Shown: in pieces, positions 26,501 through 37,729 of the stretch
Position numbering within the stretch: position 1 is the first letter of the stretch
How the letters are laid out: every line of letters starts with the position of its first letter
Source of the DNA: Vicugna vicugna
Taxonomy: Eukaryota
NCBI GenBank assembly: GCA_013265495.1
Contig: MU062133.1
Location: forward strand, 5,037,819-5,101,818
Direction of reading: 5' to 3'
DNA length: 64,000 nt
The notes under the pieces: generated by a model
The model's input: the letters and a program-made list of their open reading frames with translations, nothing else
Told to the model about the DNA's origin: nothing
Databases searched by the model: none
Translations under genes and position numbers: made by a program

Positions 26501-27300
26501 TGACTACTGGGACATAGTACATTTAACTGTGCTTGGTATTGGAACTGAAATTCAAAAAGAGGAGAACCCAAGAGTCAATGTAGAATCATGAGCTTAGTTG
26601 ATTGAATATGAGTATATCACTCATTTGTAAATATATTCAATCAAAAAAATAACAAGATGAGAATCTACTTATTCAGTCATGATTCATAGGCCATTCTACC
26701 TTAGGAAAAATATTTAAAGTTTTTGGTAAAAGAAACATAACCTTTCAGATGAAAGCAGTATATCTCAAAATCCTGAAACAGTTTTGTATTATCAAATAAT
26801 ACGTAAAGAACAGATAGAGATGACTAAAGAATAAATACTCTGTAAGTGTCATTTCTGGTATCTATCATTTTTTCTTTCATGTCTAGTGATATTTGTTCTA
26901 TGTTAATCTGTGCAAATTACTATGTATACCATTTTCCTTTAGAATATGACATTGTAATTCATGAAAATTCTTAAGAAAATACATGATGATGATTTATGCT
27001 AGGGCTACAATAACTGACTGCTTCCAAAAATCAAAGAAAATCATGGGCATGTTAAAAAGATGTTCTTTAGGGATCTTTAAAAATATAAATGAAAAGGAAG
27101 GAAGGAATTAATCTCTGAAGATCCAGAAAGACATTTAGATGTGGTTTAAGTATCACACACAGTCTTTATAACTCCCCTGTCCACAAGCTATTATTTTCAT
27201 CATTTCAGTCTTTTAATTCTGGGCACTTACTTTCAAAATCCAGGAAAAAATGTGGGTAGTTTTCAATTTCCCGGGTAAGGACTTTGAGCAGGTTTCCCAT
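3520..27300 (-). CDS. CYRIA: CYFIP-related Rac1 interactor A (FAM49A/CYRI-A), spliced CDS of 10 coding exons, 323 aa
   Basis: Hand-joined exons 27231-27300, 15221-15342, 13863-13968, 11888-12024, 11343-11420, 11059-11175, 10889-10968, 9266-9392, 5642-5712, 3520-3583 = 70+122+106+137+78+117+80+127+71+64 = 972 nt. The frame is open from [24 protein letters not shown] to [20 protein letters not shown], and all introns are GT..AG. It matches my recollection of FAM49A; the paralog FAM49B has LTCTDLE where this has LTREIEN. Confidence 0.98.
4030..4046 (+). promoter_or_regulatory. Candidate CTCF core motif
   Basis: ccaccacaagggggcgc; one mismatch in the core. Confidence 0.45.
4200..4350 (-). mobile_element. 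MIR SINE fragment
   Basis: ccattttacggatgagaaaactgagattcagaga. Confidence 0.65.
5390..5548 (+). mobile_element. MIR SINE
   Basis: ggcaagttagttaacttctct..ttggtttcttccatctgtaaaaagggatgataa...gacctc.atagggtgctgggaagattaaatg. Confidence 0.75.
5642..5712 (-). CDS. CYRIA: CYRIA coding exon 9 ([23 protein letters not shown]-)
   Basis: ttcctcctag|ATG AAA GGC ... CTC AG|gtgagc; 71 nt. Confidence 0.97.
6060..6310 (+). mobile_element. L2 3' fragment
   Basis: ccctctgcccagaatgctcttcc...ctcagctgaagatcacc..ggaagcctcttctgacc. Confidence 0.55.
6310..6500 (+). mobile_element. MIR SINE
   Basis: gacagtggttaggaatgcg..cctgggtttc...ctaggcaaatttt..tctgtgccc. Confidence 0.55.
7040..7380 (+). mobile_element. L2 3' fragment
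   Basis: tcctaccccttcttcaaggtccacctcgaacatcacc...ctgtaagagcaggtgac...ataaatatttg. Confidence 0.55.
7950..8170 (+). mobile_element. Ancient L1M(E)-like 3' end fragment
   Basis: aatgacagtggtcatct...aattttctgtattttgatttcctgtattttctccaaaactttatac...atttattttc pattern typical of old L1 3' ends. Confidence 0.45.
8530..8960 (-). mobile_element. L2 3' end
   Basis: attcattcattcagcaacag...gagcatctactgagccccatgctc...caaactcagagtctg...ggagtgtcttaaagga. Confidence 0.6.
9179..9198 (+). repeat. (AG)n microsatellite
   Basis: direct. Confidence 0.9.
9266..9392 (-). CDS. CYRIA: CYRIA coding exon 8 ([43 protein letters not shown])
   Basis: ctctcttgcag|G GAG TAC ... ATC GAT|gtaaga; 127 nt; visible inside ORF 9161..9415. 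Confidence 0.97.
10577..10658 (+). mobile_element. ~80-nt L1 3' terminus with TSD
   Basis: catgactgggacactgtcctgtacaccagaaactgacacattgtaactgactgtacttcaattt+A nearly matches 40751-40815. TSD taacaagctattcaat (10561-10576) / taacaagctatgcaat (10659-10674). Confidence 0.85.
10889..10968 (-). CDS. CYRIA: CYRIA coding exon 7 ([26 protein letters not shown]-)
   Basis: cctgtttag|AAC AAA ... ACT CC|gtaagt; 80 nt. Confidence 0.97.
11059..11175 (-). CDS. CYRIA: CYRIA coding exon 6 ([39 protein letters not shown])
   Basis: cttttcatcag|CTA GAC ... TCC GAA|gtaagt; 117 nt; visible inside ORF 11050..11295. Confidence 0.97.
11343..11420 (-). CDS. CYRIA: CYRIA coding exon 5 ([26 protein letters not shown]), includes Rac1-binding R159/R160
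   Basis: aatttcag|ATG AGG AAT ... ATG CAT|gtgagt; 78 nt. YYRR falls at residues 157-160 of the joined protein. Confidence 0.97.
11888..12024 (-). CDS. CYRIA: CYRIA coding exon 4 ([46 protein letters not shown])
   Basis: gacttgcag|AA AAA GCC ... CTG AAG|gtgagg; 137 nt. Confidence 0.97.
12637..12865 (+). mobile_element. MER58A (hAT-Charlie MITE), essentially full length
   Basis: cag..ggcaaacc.ggcccacgggccaaatctggccc...aataaagttttatt...gcctaaaatattta..atctggc.ctt.acagaaaagtttgcc...cctg; TIRs at both ends; left flank ctctagag fits the hAT NTCTAGAN target. Confidence 0.85.
13863..13968 (-). CDS. CYRIA: CYRIA coding exon 3 ([35 protein letters not shown]-)
   Basis: tttctgcag|GCC ATT ... CTA G|gtgagt; 106 nt. 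Confidence 0.97.
14554..14586 (+). repeat. (TG)16 microsatellite
   Basis: direct. Confidence 0.95.
15221..15342 (-). CDS. CYRIA: CYRIA coding exon 2 ([41 protein letters not shown])
   Basis: ctgtttag|AT GCC ... CGA GAC|gtatgc; 122 nt. Confidence 0.97.
17651..17856 (+). mobile_element. Short 5'-truncated L1 3' end (camelid-type tail) with TSD
   Basis: Sequence ...ctgtacagcacagggaaatatatacaagatcttg...aataaaaaatg plus poly-A. Flanked by aaagctaagaggtcctaga (17632-17650) and aaagctaagcggtctaga (17857-17874). Confidence 0.85.
19617..19641 (+). repeat. (AC)12 microsatellite
   Basis: direct. Confidence 0.95.
22480..23560 (+). mobile_element. Old degraded L1M ORF2 remnant (endonuclease start joined to a post-RT region)
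   Basis: 22660-22780 resembles NVNGLN.P.KR..L..WIKK..PTICCLQETH. 22860-23560 resembles LGINLTK..DLY.ENYKTL..EIK.DLNKWKD..CSWIGR.N..KM.ILPKLIYRF. Many frameshifts. Confidence 0.75.
25380..25452 (+). mobile_element. MER5-like hAT remnant (3' end)
   Basis: ctgatgctccagagaacaccagttgaaaactactgcttta resembles the MER5 terminus. Confidence 0.35.
26001..26160 (+). repeat. Degenerate 10-bp tandem repeat, 16 units, consensus AACCCA(A/G)CCA
   Basis: Units read in register from 26001: aacccaatca ggcctagcca aacccaacca aacccagcca agcccaacgg agcccaacca ... aacccagcca. Confidence 0.95.
27231..27300 (-). CDS. CYRIA: CYRIA coding exon 1 ([23 protein letters not shown]-); exon extends to 27310 with 10 nt of 5'UTR
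   Basis: Acceptor ctctcctag|GTTTGCTGGG ATG GGA AAC; donor GAA A|gtaagt. Gly2 is the known N-myristoylation site of CYRI proteins. Confidence 0.97.
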
Positions 27301-28241
27301 CCCAGCAAACCTAGGAGAGGCAACACAAAACCAAATACCATTAGCAGTTTAAAGAACAGACTTCTTAAAGGACTGGACTTAACTGACTAACTTGCATAAA
27401 CACCACTGGACCCCTACAACCACATCTGAAGACCCAAGAGAAAGCATCTTTATGGGTGACGAGTGATAACTCAGCAACTATTTTTTACTCAAAGAACCAG
27501 GTATGTTAGTTACAGGAGGCAGAGTTTAGGTACATTCTACAAAATGTTTCCTTTTCCCCTTCACGAATCCCCTGAATCCTTACAGTTAATAGTTCAGCTT
27601 TGTTTGTTTCTGTTCCATTGATGTGGGAACATACCATGTCAATAGCCAAGCAGAACAGAGACGTCATTATTAAACTATTTGTCCAGAAAGGTAAGTTTCT
27701 TATAGTTTCCGAGGAAAAGAGTTTAGAAAACACAGGAACCCCTCTTAGCCCATATAGGAGGTTGTGTTTCTCAGAGGAGTAACCCCCAGGCTCCTGCAAT
27801 TTGACATTTCAATGGTAATGACATTAGGTACTTCGTGAACTGTAAAAATGAAAAGGTGTAACATCCAGAAAATTATTCTCAATGAAATTTTAGCCTGGAG
27901 CATTTGCAAGGGTAAATCAAATCTACAGAGAAATTTGTTACATATCTGCATCTCAACCTAAAAAACAAAAGAATAGGGAAAATGTAGTTATTATTAAAGT
28001 TTCTACTGCCCTCTGCTCTAGACATTAAAGCATCTTCAGAAGGCCACTTGACCATTCATTCATTCCATACATATTTATGGAGCTGCAATTTGATGCTGGG
28101 TGCTGTGCTCTTAAGAAGGCATTTCTCTAAATCCCTTAAAAATACTGAAAAAATGAGTTGGGAAGAGGATGGAATAGATACTTCTCAGACTTCACCCATC
28201 TTGAATTATATGAGTATTTGCACATGCATGCACATATATGT

Positions 28242-28271
28242 ACACACACACACACACACATACACACACAC
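28242..28271 (+). repeat. Interrupted (AC)n microsatellite
   Basis: direct. Confidence 0.9.
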
Positions 28272-29090
28272 TAAGAGGTAAACACCATGCTTCTCTCTTT
28301 CAAAAGAATCTTTCTTATTCTTTCTGTCATTCTTTTCTTCCCCTTTTGCCTTTATGCACGTTTCCTTTTAAGATATTTTTGAGCGAAGCCCTGTATATGA
28401 TGGGTTCTGACAAGTTAAAATTCGGAACTGGTATGGTCCATCCCTGCCACAGGGCAGCAATCACAAACCCTCCTGGGTCTGCAGGAAACAATCTGTTTCC
28501 AATTTAACGAACAATTCCAACTCAGACCCGGAGGCGCTTCCTGCAGGAAGATGATTCTGCTGTTCAGCAGCAGCCCTGACTTTCACATAAAATGCCTTAA
28601 TGGAAGCTAAATATTCTTAATTTCCCTAGTTTTGTGCTATTAACGTGTCACAAGAGAGCTGAATGAATTTAGCTTCCTCCTAAAAGTCTGTCTTGTGTAT
28701 GATTTTATTGTCAGAGTACCTGGGTGGGAAATACATTAAGCCTTTAAAATTAGTAACAGACTGACACAAACACACGTGGAAAGACGTCCAAATATTAGCT
28801 GGCTGCAGAGTTCTTGCTGTTCAAAAGGTTACTTAAGCTGGCTAGCTGACGTGGTCAAATATTTTGAAACATGATTCTAACAACAACCAAGGGCAATTCA
28901 CTGGAACTATTCTAGGTGTATTCCGATGGTTCACATCCCAGACAGGAACTATCTGGAACAACAATGATTACGGGGCCTTATGCAGTCTTAGGGGTCAAGC
29001 CCAGTCTTACGGAACCTAGAAAACGCATTTCAATACAAGCTCCTCGAATAAGGACAGAAATAGTTCATCTCCTTCGTGGCAAATAAATGA

Positions 29091-29124
29091 ATACATACAT
29101 ACATACATACATACATACATACAT
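29091..29124 (+). repeat. (ATAC)8 microsatellite
   Basis: direct. Confidence 0.95.
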
Positions 29125-30447
29125 AATACCTGCTTACTGCTCCTCTCCAAGGTGGACAAGAATTCACAGGAGGATATTCTGGTTTAGGACTGTAAAGTGG
29201 GTTAGCATCACACAAGTGGTCACTGGATAGAGGCCATGCTTGTTTTTAATTGGATCTAGGGCTCCACTTGGGAAGACCCCCCCACCCACGTAAGTTTCAC
29301 TGCACCGCCAACCACCAGCCATATTCCTCATGATAGAGACTCTCCAATCTTTTCAAACAGCTCTTACGTGCATGCCAAATACATTTCTGGAAGCCACGTT
29401 ACTAGTGAGATGGCTTCGTTAATTAATGAGGATTTTTAAAAAATACTTTATCTTGTTCAATAAAAAAAAACTTTCAGATAATCCATTATACACTATTAAA
29501 GAAAGCAAATGCTTACATAATGAAAATGGGGGGAACAGGAAAATAAAAGTAGAATATTAAAATAAAGGCAGAGAGGCAAGTACTACATGAATTACGTGAC
29601 ATCCAGGCCACAAGATTTTCACATTTGCTGAAGATGACATCGATTTGGATCTAAGCTTCTGACAGAAAAAGCAAAGAAAAAAAAAATACCTTTCAAGATT
29701 TGGTGTTCAGAAAATTATCCTACAGAAGTACACACAGGTTACCCTACGGAAGTACAGCTTTTATTTTATTTTATTTTATTTTTAAAGGAAAAAGTGATCA
29801 TGGCTAAGAGAGAGTTGAGACAAAGAGGAATGTCCTCCAGCTAAGTGTAGGCTGACATGTATCTGCAGATGAGCAAGTCTCAGAGCTCCCGTGAGCACGG
29901 CAGTGGTTTCACAGCCAGTGGGTGGAAGAGGAACCTGGTTGGGAGTCCAGAGCTGTATTTAGGGAAGCTGGGAACTCTGGTTTCCACGTTCTTTTCAGTG
30001 ACTCCATGGCTACACTTCTAATGTGACCTGCTACTGGGTCAATCCCAGGGAACTTGCCAGCTACCTGCAGCTCTCTCCTACGGGGCGGGGGCTTATATCA
30101 GAGAGAATACGGCAATCCAGCAAGTGCTCTGGGCCCCTTGGGAGGATCTAGACCTGCGTTCCTTAAAACGATGATTCTTGCCAGTTCCTACAGTTAAAGA
30201 TGCTGCTTCTGTAAGCTCAAAGGATATGAAAGGTCTCCCCAATATTACAGGAGAGGAAGGAGCACCAATTTGAAGAATTACAGCAAAAATTATAGATGCA
30301 AAAGTACTAAAATACTAGAAATATAATCACAAAGGAAGATGATAAGAGGATTCCAGGCATAAAATAGCTCAAGCAATAATTTATAAAGCATGTTTATTAT
30401 TTTAAACTAGTGGGTTGTCTGTATTAGAAAGTTTAGGCTTATTGTCT

Positions 30448-30463
30448 CACACACACACACACA
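30448..30463 (+). repeat. (CA)8 microsatellite
   Basis: direct. Confidence 0.85.
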
Positions 30464-31089
30464 ATGTTCCCCTTGACATCTCCCGAGATCATCTTAAAGT
30501 GAAGCCTCCCCAGGACATGACACAGCTATAGGGGGGCACATAAGTGCTGCGGGATCTGAACTCGCTCCCCAGGGGAAGGTCTTGTAGGGGCGAGCAAGGG
30601 AAGGGCGTAAGATTTTGTCTCCAAGATGAAGAGAGAGGGAAGGATGCGCCAGTTAGGTAAGGACTCAGGAAGGGACAGGCCCTGCAAATACACTCTGGCT
30701 CGTTCCCGAGATGTCTCCCCGAGACTGGCATTGCAAGGTGCCCTTCTCTTCATCTGGCCACTCCGGGTGGCCTTCTGCTCTTCAAGTCACCAGTCTTCCT
30801 CCATGACTGGTTCTCCAAGGCTGCCCCTTCTCTACCGAAGTGAAGGAGCGTGGGCACCTGGGCCCTTGGCGTGATGGCTTCAGCTCTTTGCTGGGCCTGT
30901 TTTCCCACGGCTTTGTTGGCTGGGACTTACTGATAAAGATGGAAACACAGTCTTGAGGATTTGTAGCAGAGAGCAGGCCAAAATAACAACGTGGCCTACT
31001 GATGCTCTCAAAAGATACAGGGTGTAAGTGGTGAGTGATGAGACCCAAAGAAATGTGAAACACCGTCTCGCCCGACCCCCATTATTCTG

Positions 31090-31250
31090 GAGCAAGTCAT
31101 TTTAGCGATGAGTCTGTGTTCCTCACCTGCAACAACAATAATATAATCATCTCTTCTGCATGAGATTCCTCCAAGGACTATTGAAATGAGTATAAAAGCA
31201 CTGTGTAGAATACTGTAAAATGCTGCGCAAATATTAGCTATAATTATTCA
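31090..31250 (+). mobile_element. MIR SINE
   Basis: gagcaagtcattt...gtgttcctcacctgcaa...aaatgagtataaaagcact...aaatattagctataattatt. Confidence 0.6.
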
Positions 31251-31992
31251 GCATGACAACTCATTCTATGGTTTAAGATATTCAGGGAATCAAAGAATTA
31301 TAACATCCTCAGAATCATGTAAGTGGCACTTTTCTTTATCTTTCAACTTCGGTCTCCCAAGATCCATGATTCTTCATGCAAACTGCTTTAACATGAAGCC
31401 ATAATCAGGTAAATATTCAAAGGTATTAATGGTTAGCACCACAGGAAACTCTCCTACATGTCAAACGCTGTATTATAAACACATTTTCTTATTTTTATCT
31501 TCAAAATATACCTAGGAAAAAGATATATTTTTTAGGACTTAGAAAATTTAAATTTATTAAAGTTAAATATGGAAGCTGCTTAAAACTATAAATCCCTGTG
31601 AAGCAAAGCTAAATTTTCAAACGAACAATATTTATGTAAGTTTGTGGTAATTAGATACTGGGATCTTCAGATAACTCTATGTAAGTTAATTCTCATTTTT
31701 CAACACAAAAATCTCAAGCATAAATAAATGCTTTTGAAAATAGCATTGGGGAGGTCATTCTTTTAGTAAATTCTCAAAAAAAATCACCAAAAACTGAAAA
31801 TTTTAACCAAATGATTGTGTCCGTGTTTACCCCATTTCATGAACATAGCATAAAATCTAAGGAAAACACAAATATCTAACGAAGAAAGTCCTGCCAAAAG
31901 GGCTCATGAAATATGTGTAATTGGAAAAGGAAGAAATGTCAAAGGACAAAGGGGTAACATATAGATTTTCCAGCAATCAAGAGAGGCTCGAG

Positions 31993-32137
31993 GAGGGAGG
32001 GTGTAGTTCAGAGGTAGGGTGGGTATGTAGCATGCACGAAGTCCTGGGTTCAATCCCCAGTACCTCCATTAAAACAAACAAACAAACAAACAAACCTAAT
32101 TACCTTCCTCCAAAATAAAAAAAATAAAAAATAAAAA
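31993..32137 (+). mobile_element. tRNA-derived SINE of camelid type (vic-1-like)
   Basis: gagggagggtgtagttcagaggtag...catgcacgaagtcctgggttcaatccccagtacctcc has Pol III A-box and B-box (ggttcaatcc), a (CAAA)n linker, cctaattacc and an A-rich tail. Confidence 0.85.
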
Positions 32138-32654
32138 CAGAGGGGTTTGAGATCATGGTCTGCTCTGGTCCCAGGAGACCTGGTTTACCTTCCTCAACAC
32201 TGACTCTTGTGGTGACAGTCATCTACCTAAACAAAAGGAACAATCAAACTCCTCTTCCAAGAAAAGAGAATCTGATAACAGTTTGGTGGGAAGTTTTTTT
32301 CTTCCCTCTTTGGTTTTCTCATAAAAGCACCATCTTTAATAAGTGCCCTGAGAGAATGAGTCAATCACTGGGTGACACCCTGAATACCGGGGGGGCACGT
32401 GGGGGTGGGGTACGCAATGACAGAAGCCACGGCCGTAGCTCAGGAGATACACATTCTGTGCAGGGAGACAACACAGGTTTAACTTAAGAATGTAATCAAC
32501 CTGGAAGCACCGAACAGGCTTCTGACGAGTGGTAAGTGCTCTAAAATGTGAACTGAATGTGGAAGTAGTGGCACATACTTGATATACATTAAGTGCCACT
32601 CTGAGTGATGATGACTACGACAATGATGATTATAGATGAGAGGGACGAGAACAT

Positions 32655-32860
32655 TCACCTTTTACTGAGTGCCCACTGCGTGCCTGGCTTTCACACACTT
32701 AAGTTCACACAAACCTTACAGCAGCCCTTCAGGTAGCTGTAATTATCTCCATTTACTGGAAGAAAAAGAGGCTCAGACGGATCTTTCTGAAGACGACAAG
32801 AGAATAAAAAGTCGAGTCACATTTGAGCTTGAGAGTCTGGGAACCCAAAGTCCATCCTCT
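32655..32860 (-). mobile_element. MIR SINE
   Basis: tttactgagtgcccactgcgtgcctggc...ctccatttactggaagaaaaagaggctcagacgg. Confidence 0.65.
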
Positions 32861-33650
32861 TTTCTGCAGAGGAGGAGACCTGGGGTTCCAGACCTCTACG
32901 AGGTCCCTGTTTGGGGACTTCGCGAGTCCGTGGTCTGCAGAAAGTGCAGACAGAATAGTATAGTATTGTATATACATGTTCCTTTTTCTGGGGAGCGAGT
33001 CTGTAGTTTCGGTTAGATTCCCAAGTGCCTGCTCTGTGCTAGTACTGCTCTGTCATGCACAGGGAAAGACAGATTTCTTTAGGAATTCAGAAAACAGACA
33101 AGACCAGGCGGGTGGAGTCTCCAGAAAAGTTAGCTTCATGTAGGACGTGAGCTGCTACCCAGGCAAGAAGGACTGGGGGAATCTGGACCGGCCAAGAGGA
33201 GGCCTCCAGCTGGGGGGTCGGGAGTGAGAAGGGCTCAGCAGACGCAAGCTGGGTGACCCCTTAAGTCTTCCCAAAACCGAGGCTTATTCCTCAAGGTTCA
33301 TTTACAAAACTATAGCTTTGAAGCAGGTCCTTCCTTTCACATTTTTTCCCAAACTGTCTAGAATGTGGGGCGTTTCTCTAGTCACTGCAAGAGTGCTAAT
33401 AACATTTTAAGACTGCTTGCATGCCCCCGCCACGGGATGCTCTCCTCTCCCAGGGGTGACAATTAGGGATGCATTCATGGTATTTTCTATGACTACTTTC
33501 TTGGCTGTGAGCTCAGAACCACTTCCAAGAGAGTTGGCTCTAAGGCTGCTCAGTCGAAAACGATGATTCTCTAGAAAAAAAAAGAAATTGTTTTCGGCTA
33601 ACATTTCAGTTCCAAAAAAGAAGAAAATCAAAGCCTGTGCCCACGCACAG

Positions 33651-33687
33651 GCACACGTGCGCGTGCACACACACACACACACACGTA
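33651..33687 (+). repeat. Alternating purine-pyrimidine tract gcacacgtgcgcgtgcacacac..acgt
   Basis: direct; mixed CG/CA alternation. Confidence 0.85.
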
Positions 33688-34829
33688 TTTTTCCTCTGTT
33701 TAGAACTGTTTTTATTTGGAAGAAAAAAGCTTAAATAACAGGATTACCTGTATTCCCACAGTGTAAAATCAAATAAAATCAAGCAGGGATGGTTTTTAAA
33801 AAAATGTGGTCATCACTGGGGAGGAAATGTATGTATTTATGATAAGTGAAACATAGCAAAGGACTCAGGGTGCAGGCACTGTGAATGCTGACCTTTGCCC
33901 GGGAACACCAGGATTTCAGGGCCTAATTCTCACGATTAGAGAACAAGCACTTAACAGATTTCTTTTGCATCTATAACTACTGAAAAGGAGAATTCCTAAG
34001 CCAACACCATCTTTAATCACTAATAAATAGACAGTGAGAAAAACAGAACAGCAGCTCTACATGATTTTATTGGCTAATAGTCTTCTTAAGGTTAAAGATG
34101 ACAAATACTCACTGCCCCTACCAGAAGAGATGGTGTAGGTTAGCACTTTGAATGAGCCAAACTCTTCCAGAATCCGTAAGTTTTTGAATCCCTGGTACCA
34201 AGATGTTAAGAAATCAAAGACTTAGATTTTTTTTTTACCTATAATGCAATATTTCGAGGATTACAAAGTCCTGATGGAGACTAATATTCTTCTGCAACAA
34301 GAGAGCACATACGCCCCAGACCAGTTATAAAGACAACAATGACACATATTTATACAATATCGCATCTTTGTCAGAGATGTGCTAGGCTCATTTATCCTCA
34401 ACAAAAACGTGGGTCAAAGGTGAGGAAGGTGATATTGGACCCATTTTATGGATCAGATCTTGCGGGTCAGGTAGAGTAGGTGTCTTTTCCAAAGTCCTCC
34501 AGACTAAATATCATGAGAACACATTCTCCATTAGAACTGGGGGCATCTTTTAAAAGCTCTTATTTTACAAAAAAAAAAAAAAAAGGAAAAAAATGCGCTT
34601 TCCAAGGACCCACAGTACCTTAGGGACCAGAAGGGAGGTGTCCTGGCTTTCAATATCTTGCTCTGTCCACTAACAGGAAAAGTAAATGGGACATCGGATT
34701 CTTTTTTTAAAACATAAAAACAGAAGGTGCAGCGTTACTGCTGTCACAGGACAGTCTCTGCTCCTTGTTGGCAGGGTCTCACCAGAACATGCTGAACAGC
34801 TACTTAACAAGGACACCCCCACTGGTGGC

Positions 34830-35225
34830 CCATGACATCGTGTCCACTTCCTTCCTTCCCTGCCTTGCTGATCCTAATTCAGACCCTCAGCAGAGCTTGC
34901 CTGCATCCTGCAAAGAGCCTCCAGACCACCCCTCTGGACTCCAGTCTCATCTCCCTCCCATTCATGCCTGGCTTTCTAAACACAAGTCTCATCATATTAC
35001 TTCCTTGCTTAATATGCTTCTGTGGCTCCACAGGGCCCACAGGATATAACAGATCCCAATGTGGGCACTGGGTCCAGAAAACCTAGCCTCTGGCCTCTGC
35101 CCATCTCCTTGGGTCTCTCTGTCTCTCGTGCCCCTGGCCCCACACTTTAGCCATACCCTGCACTTCTCTAAAGCAGTCTCCTCTTTACTGCCCCAGGGTC
35201 CCTGCCCCTGCCACTCCTTCTGTTT
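34830..35225 (+). mobile_element. L2 fragment
   Basis: tttctaaacacaagtctcatcatattacttccttgcttaatatgcttctgtggctcc. Confidence 0.6.
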
Positions 35226-35229
35226 ACAA

Positions 35230-35450
35230 CTATAATGACAGCTAACATTGTTTAATGATCTGCAGGCCATGGTGATGAGGGCTTTCCAAGTCTTAGCCTA
35301 TTTTAATTTCCACAGTCAGCATATGAGGTAGGAAGTGTTGTTATCGCAATTGGAGAGATAAAGAAATAATCTTAGAGATTTAAAAAGTTTCTCAAGCCTG
35401 CAAGTGGCAGAGCTGGGTCAGGAATCCAATTGCACCTGACTTCTAAGCAC
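35230..35450 (-). mobile_element. MIR SINE
   Basis: agctaacattg...tttccacagtcagcatatgaggtagg..gttatc...agagatttaaaaagtttctcaag..gtggcagagctgg. Confidence 0.6.
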
Positions 35451-37729
35451 AGCTCCCTCCCCAGAATTCCCTGTCAAATAGGAGTTTGGGAAGCAGGGAC
35501 TTCAGACGGAACTCCCCAAGTCTTCCCTCCTCTCTGATACCACTTGGAATAAAATGAAACCCGATCCCTTGGGTGAGCGCCGCTTCCCTCTGCTCACCCA
35601 ACGAGCTGTGTTCACTGCATCCCGGGGTCTATCAGTGTGGACCGTAATTACACACTTTCCCCTCATCTCTGCATATAAGGTCTTCTTGGGCAGGGCTGTT
35701 TTTCCACCTCGTTGTACTCCCAGCCCTCAGCACGGGGCCTGGGACACAGTTAGCACTGGCAAAGAAATCCTGAACATTGCTCTGTCCGGTGGTTCCGAAG
35801 CATCGATCTATCCAAGGCAAACTGAGAAGTCAAGGCCTTGGGTGAGCCTGGCAAGAAGCTCAAGTTATGCATGCCTCTTTATGCCACAGTGGTTTTTATT
35901 TATTTTTACAAAATCATAGTGATAACCACATCCAAAATCCCCAGAGTTTATTTTGAAATTTTACTGGCTTAAGAAATTCTAAAGTCTAGGAGTTGCTAAC
36001 CTGGTCAGTTATTCGCCCCGCCTAGGGGGCTGAGCCCCAGCACTCAGTGACACTGGGTGTCCCCAGTGTCCCTAGCTGCATCTTGTGACACGCCTTACTT
36101 AGTCTAACCATACGTCTGACCTCCTCACTGCAACAGGGCTCTGAGATTTCCCCAGCAGTATGGGGAAAAGAAGTCTGGCTTTAGGAATGTTTCTGGTGAC
36201 CGGATGCGATTTTAGGAAGGCTATTAGAACAAACTACCGTTCAGTCTGATCCACAAGGTTCCCAGTTGGAGAAATCATGACAGCAGCCAGCGACTTCTAG
36301 AAGAGACTTGCAGGCTCCCCACACCAGCCCCCCAGAGCAAGCGACCCCTCTGGCTGTACCATCCAGGGAGCTGTCCAGGAGGAGAGCGTATATACAACCC
36401 TGATCCATCTGGTATTCACGCTCAGAGACATTTTCCCCTGGTAAGCACGGAAGCCCATGACACACAACACTCCGTGATGGTTTTGAATGATAAGCAAAAT
36501 CAGTTAACCATCAACCTATTATATACCAGATACAAAATCGGTGGCTTTAAAAAAAATACTTCTCAACTAAGGCAAAGGTACATTTCTTAAATGATAGAAG
36601 CACCTGTTTTTTTTGGGGGGGGGTGCACCAGTGGAATGAAGTAGCTCAGCCTATAAATTCCAGGAGCCTGAATTTGCTAAACCAGGTTAGCGATGTCAGA
36701 TGAGCCGGCGGGGCTGGAATTCCCTTCCCCAGCTGCCACTTCTGCAGTGAAGTCGTCAGGTTGTCTGTCCCACTGTCGACGGTGCTGCCAAGAACCCAAC
36801 AGATGATTTCATTCCCAGATAAAGGAGGAAAACTAAAGTAGAGTGAGTCTATTAAGCACTTTCATCTGACAATAAAAATGAGTTAATGGCTAAAATGTGT
36901 TTTCAAAACGTTTTAACATTACAAGTAATGGCATTCAAATGGGAAAATGCCTTGAATTCTCATCCATCATTAATACCACGGTGTCCCTCAAAAGGGCTTG
37001 GCATTCCCGGTGGAATACAAGCTGCTAGAGTCGAGTTGGAAGGCAATCCATGGGAATTCTCAAAAAAAAAAAAAAACCCACCCCAAAACCGAGAGACCGT
37101 TACGGAGCCGAGCAATTAAGTGCAGGTTTCAAATCATCCTTTCAGTATCCGAGTTCAGTTTTCCAAAATAGACTATTACCTCATCATTGCTAATTTCCCC
37201 ATAAACATCAATGTGACAGCAGCAAAAAGTCTCCAAGAAATGAGGGCAAAATTAGATTCATTTTTAGGGAACCGAAGTCCATGTCCTCTACCTCCCGCCA
37301 ATTTCCAGTACTGGTGAATATAAAATAATGTGCCTGGGGCTGAGTTCTGGACTGGCCCGCCGTGGAGAAGTCATTAGTGAATTTGTCCCCTTCCACTTGT
37401 GAAATCAAGAACATGGGAACTCCGAGAAGCCACGGAACTTTGGGCTGAGTTCAGGCAGTCAGTGATTTAGATCGAACAGACTGTCAGTTCTCTCACACCA
37501 CAAATCTCCTTTTTCCAGAATCGCTTCTTGGGTAACGAAACCAACAAGAGCCAGACCATCTTCTTCCGCGCGCAGGGCTGCAGAGGAGCATTGCTGTGTG
37601 GACTGTGGGTCGAGCCCTCTGCCTGAGATGCTGGAGGACCTCCTGGCTGCCCCCTCATCTCCGCTTCCTCCATTTCTAACCTTTAAATATCAGGCTCCAG
37701 TGGTCTTTCTTCACAACTTTTCTTGCCTT

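Noticed and set aside
28602-28677. 11-bp inverted repeat ggaagctaaat/atttagcttcc (possible pre-miRNA)
   Set aside because: The upper stem is poorly paired with a ~44-nt loop. About one such inverted repeat is expected by chance in 64 kb.
31993-32070. tRNA-like sequence with A and B boxes
   Set aside because: Degenerate cloverleaf followed by (CAAA)n and an A-tail: a SINE, not a tRNA gene.
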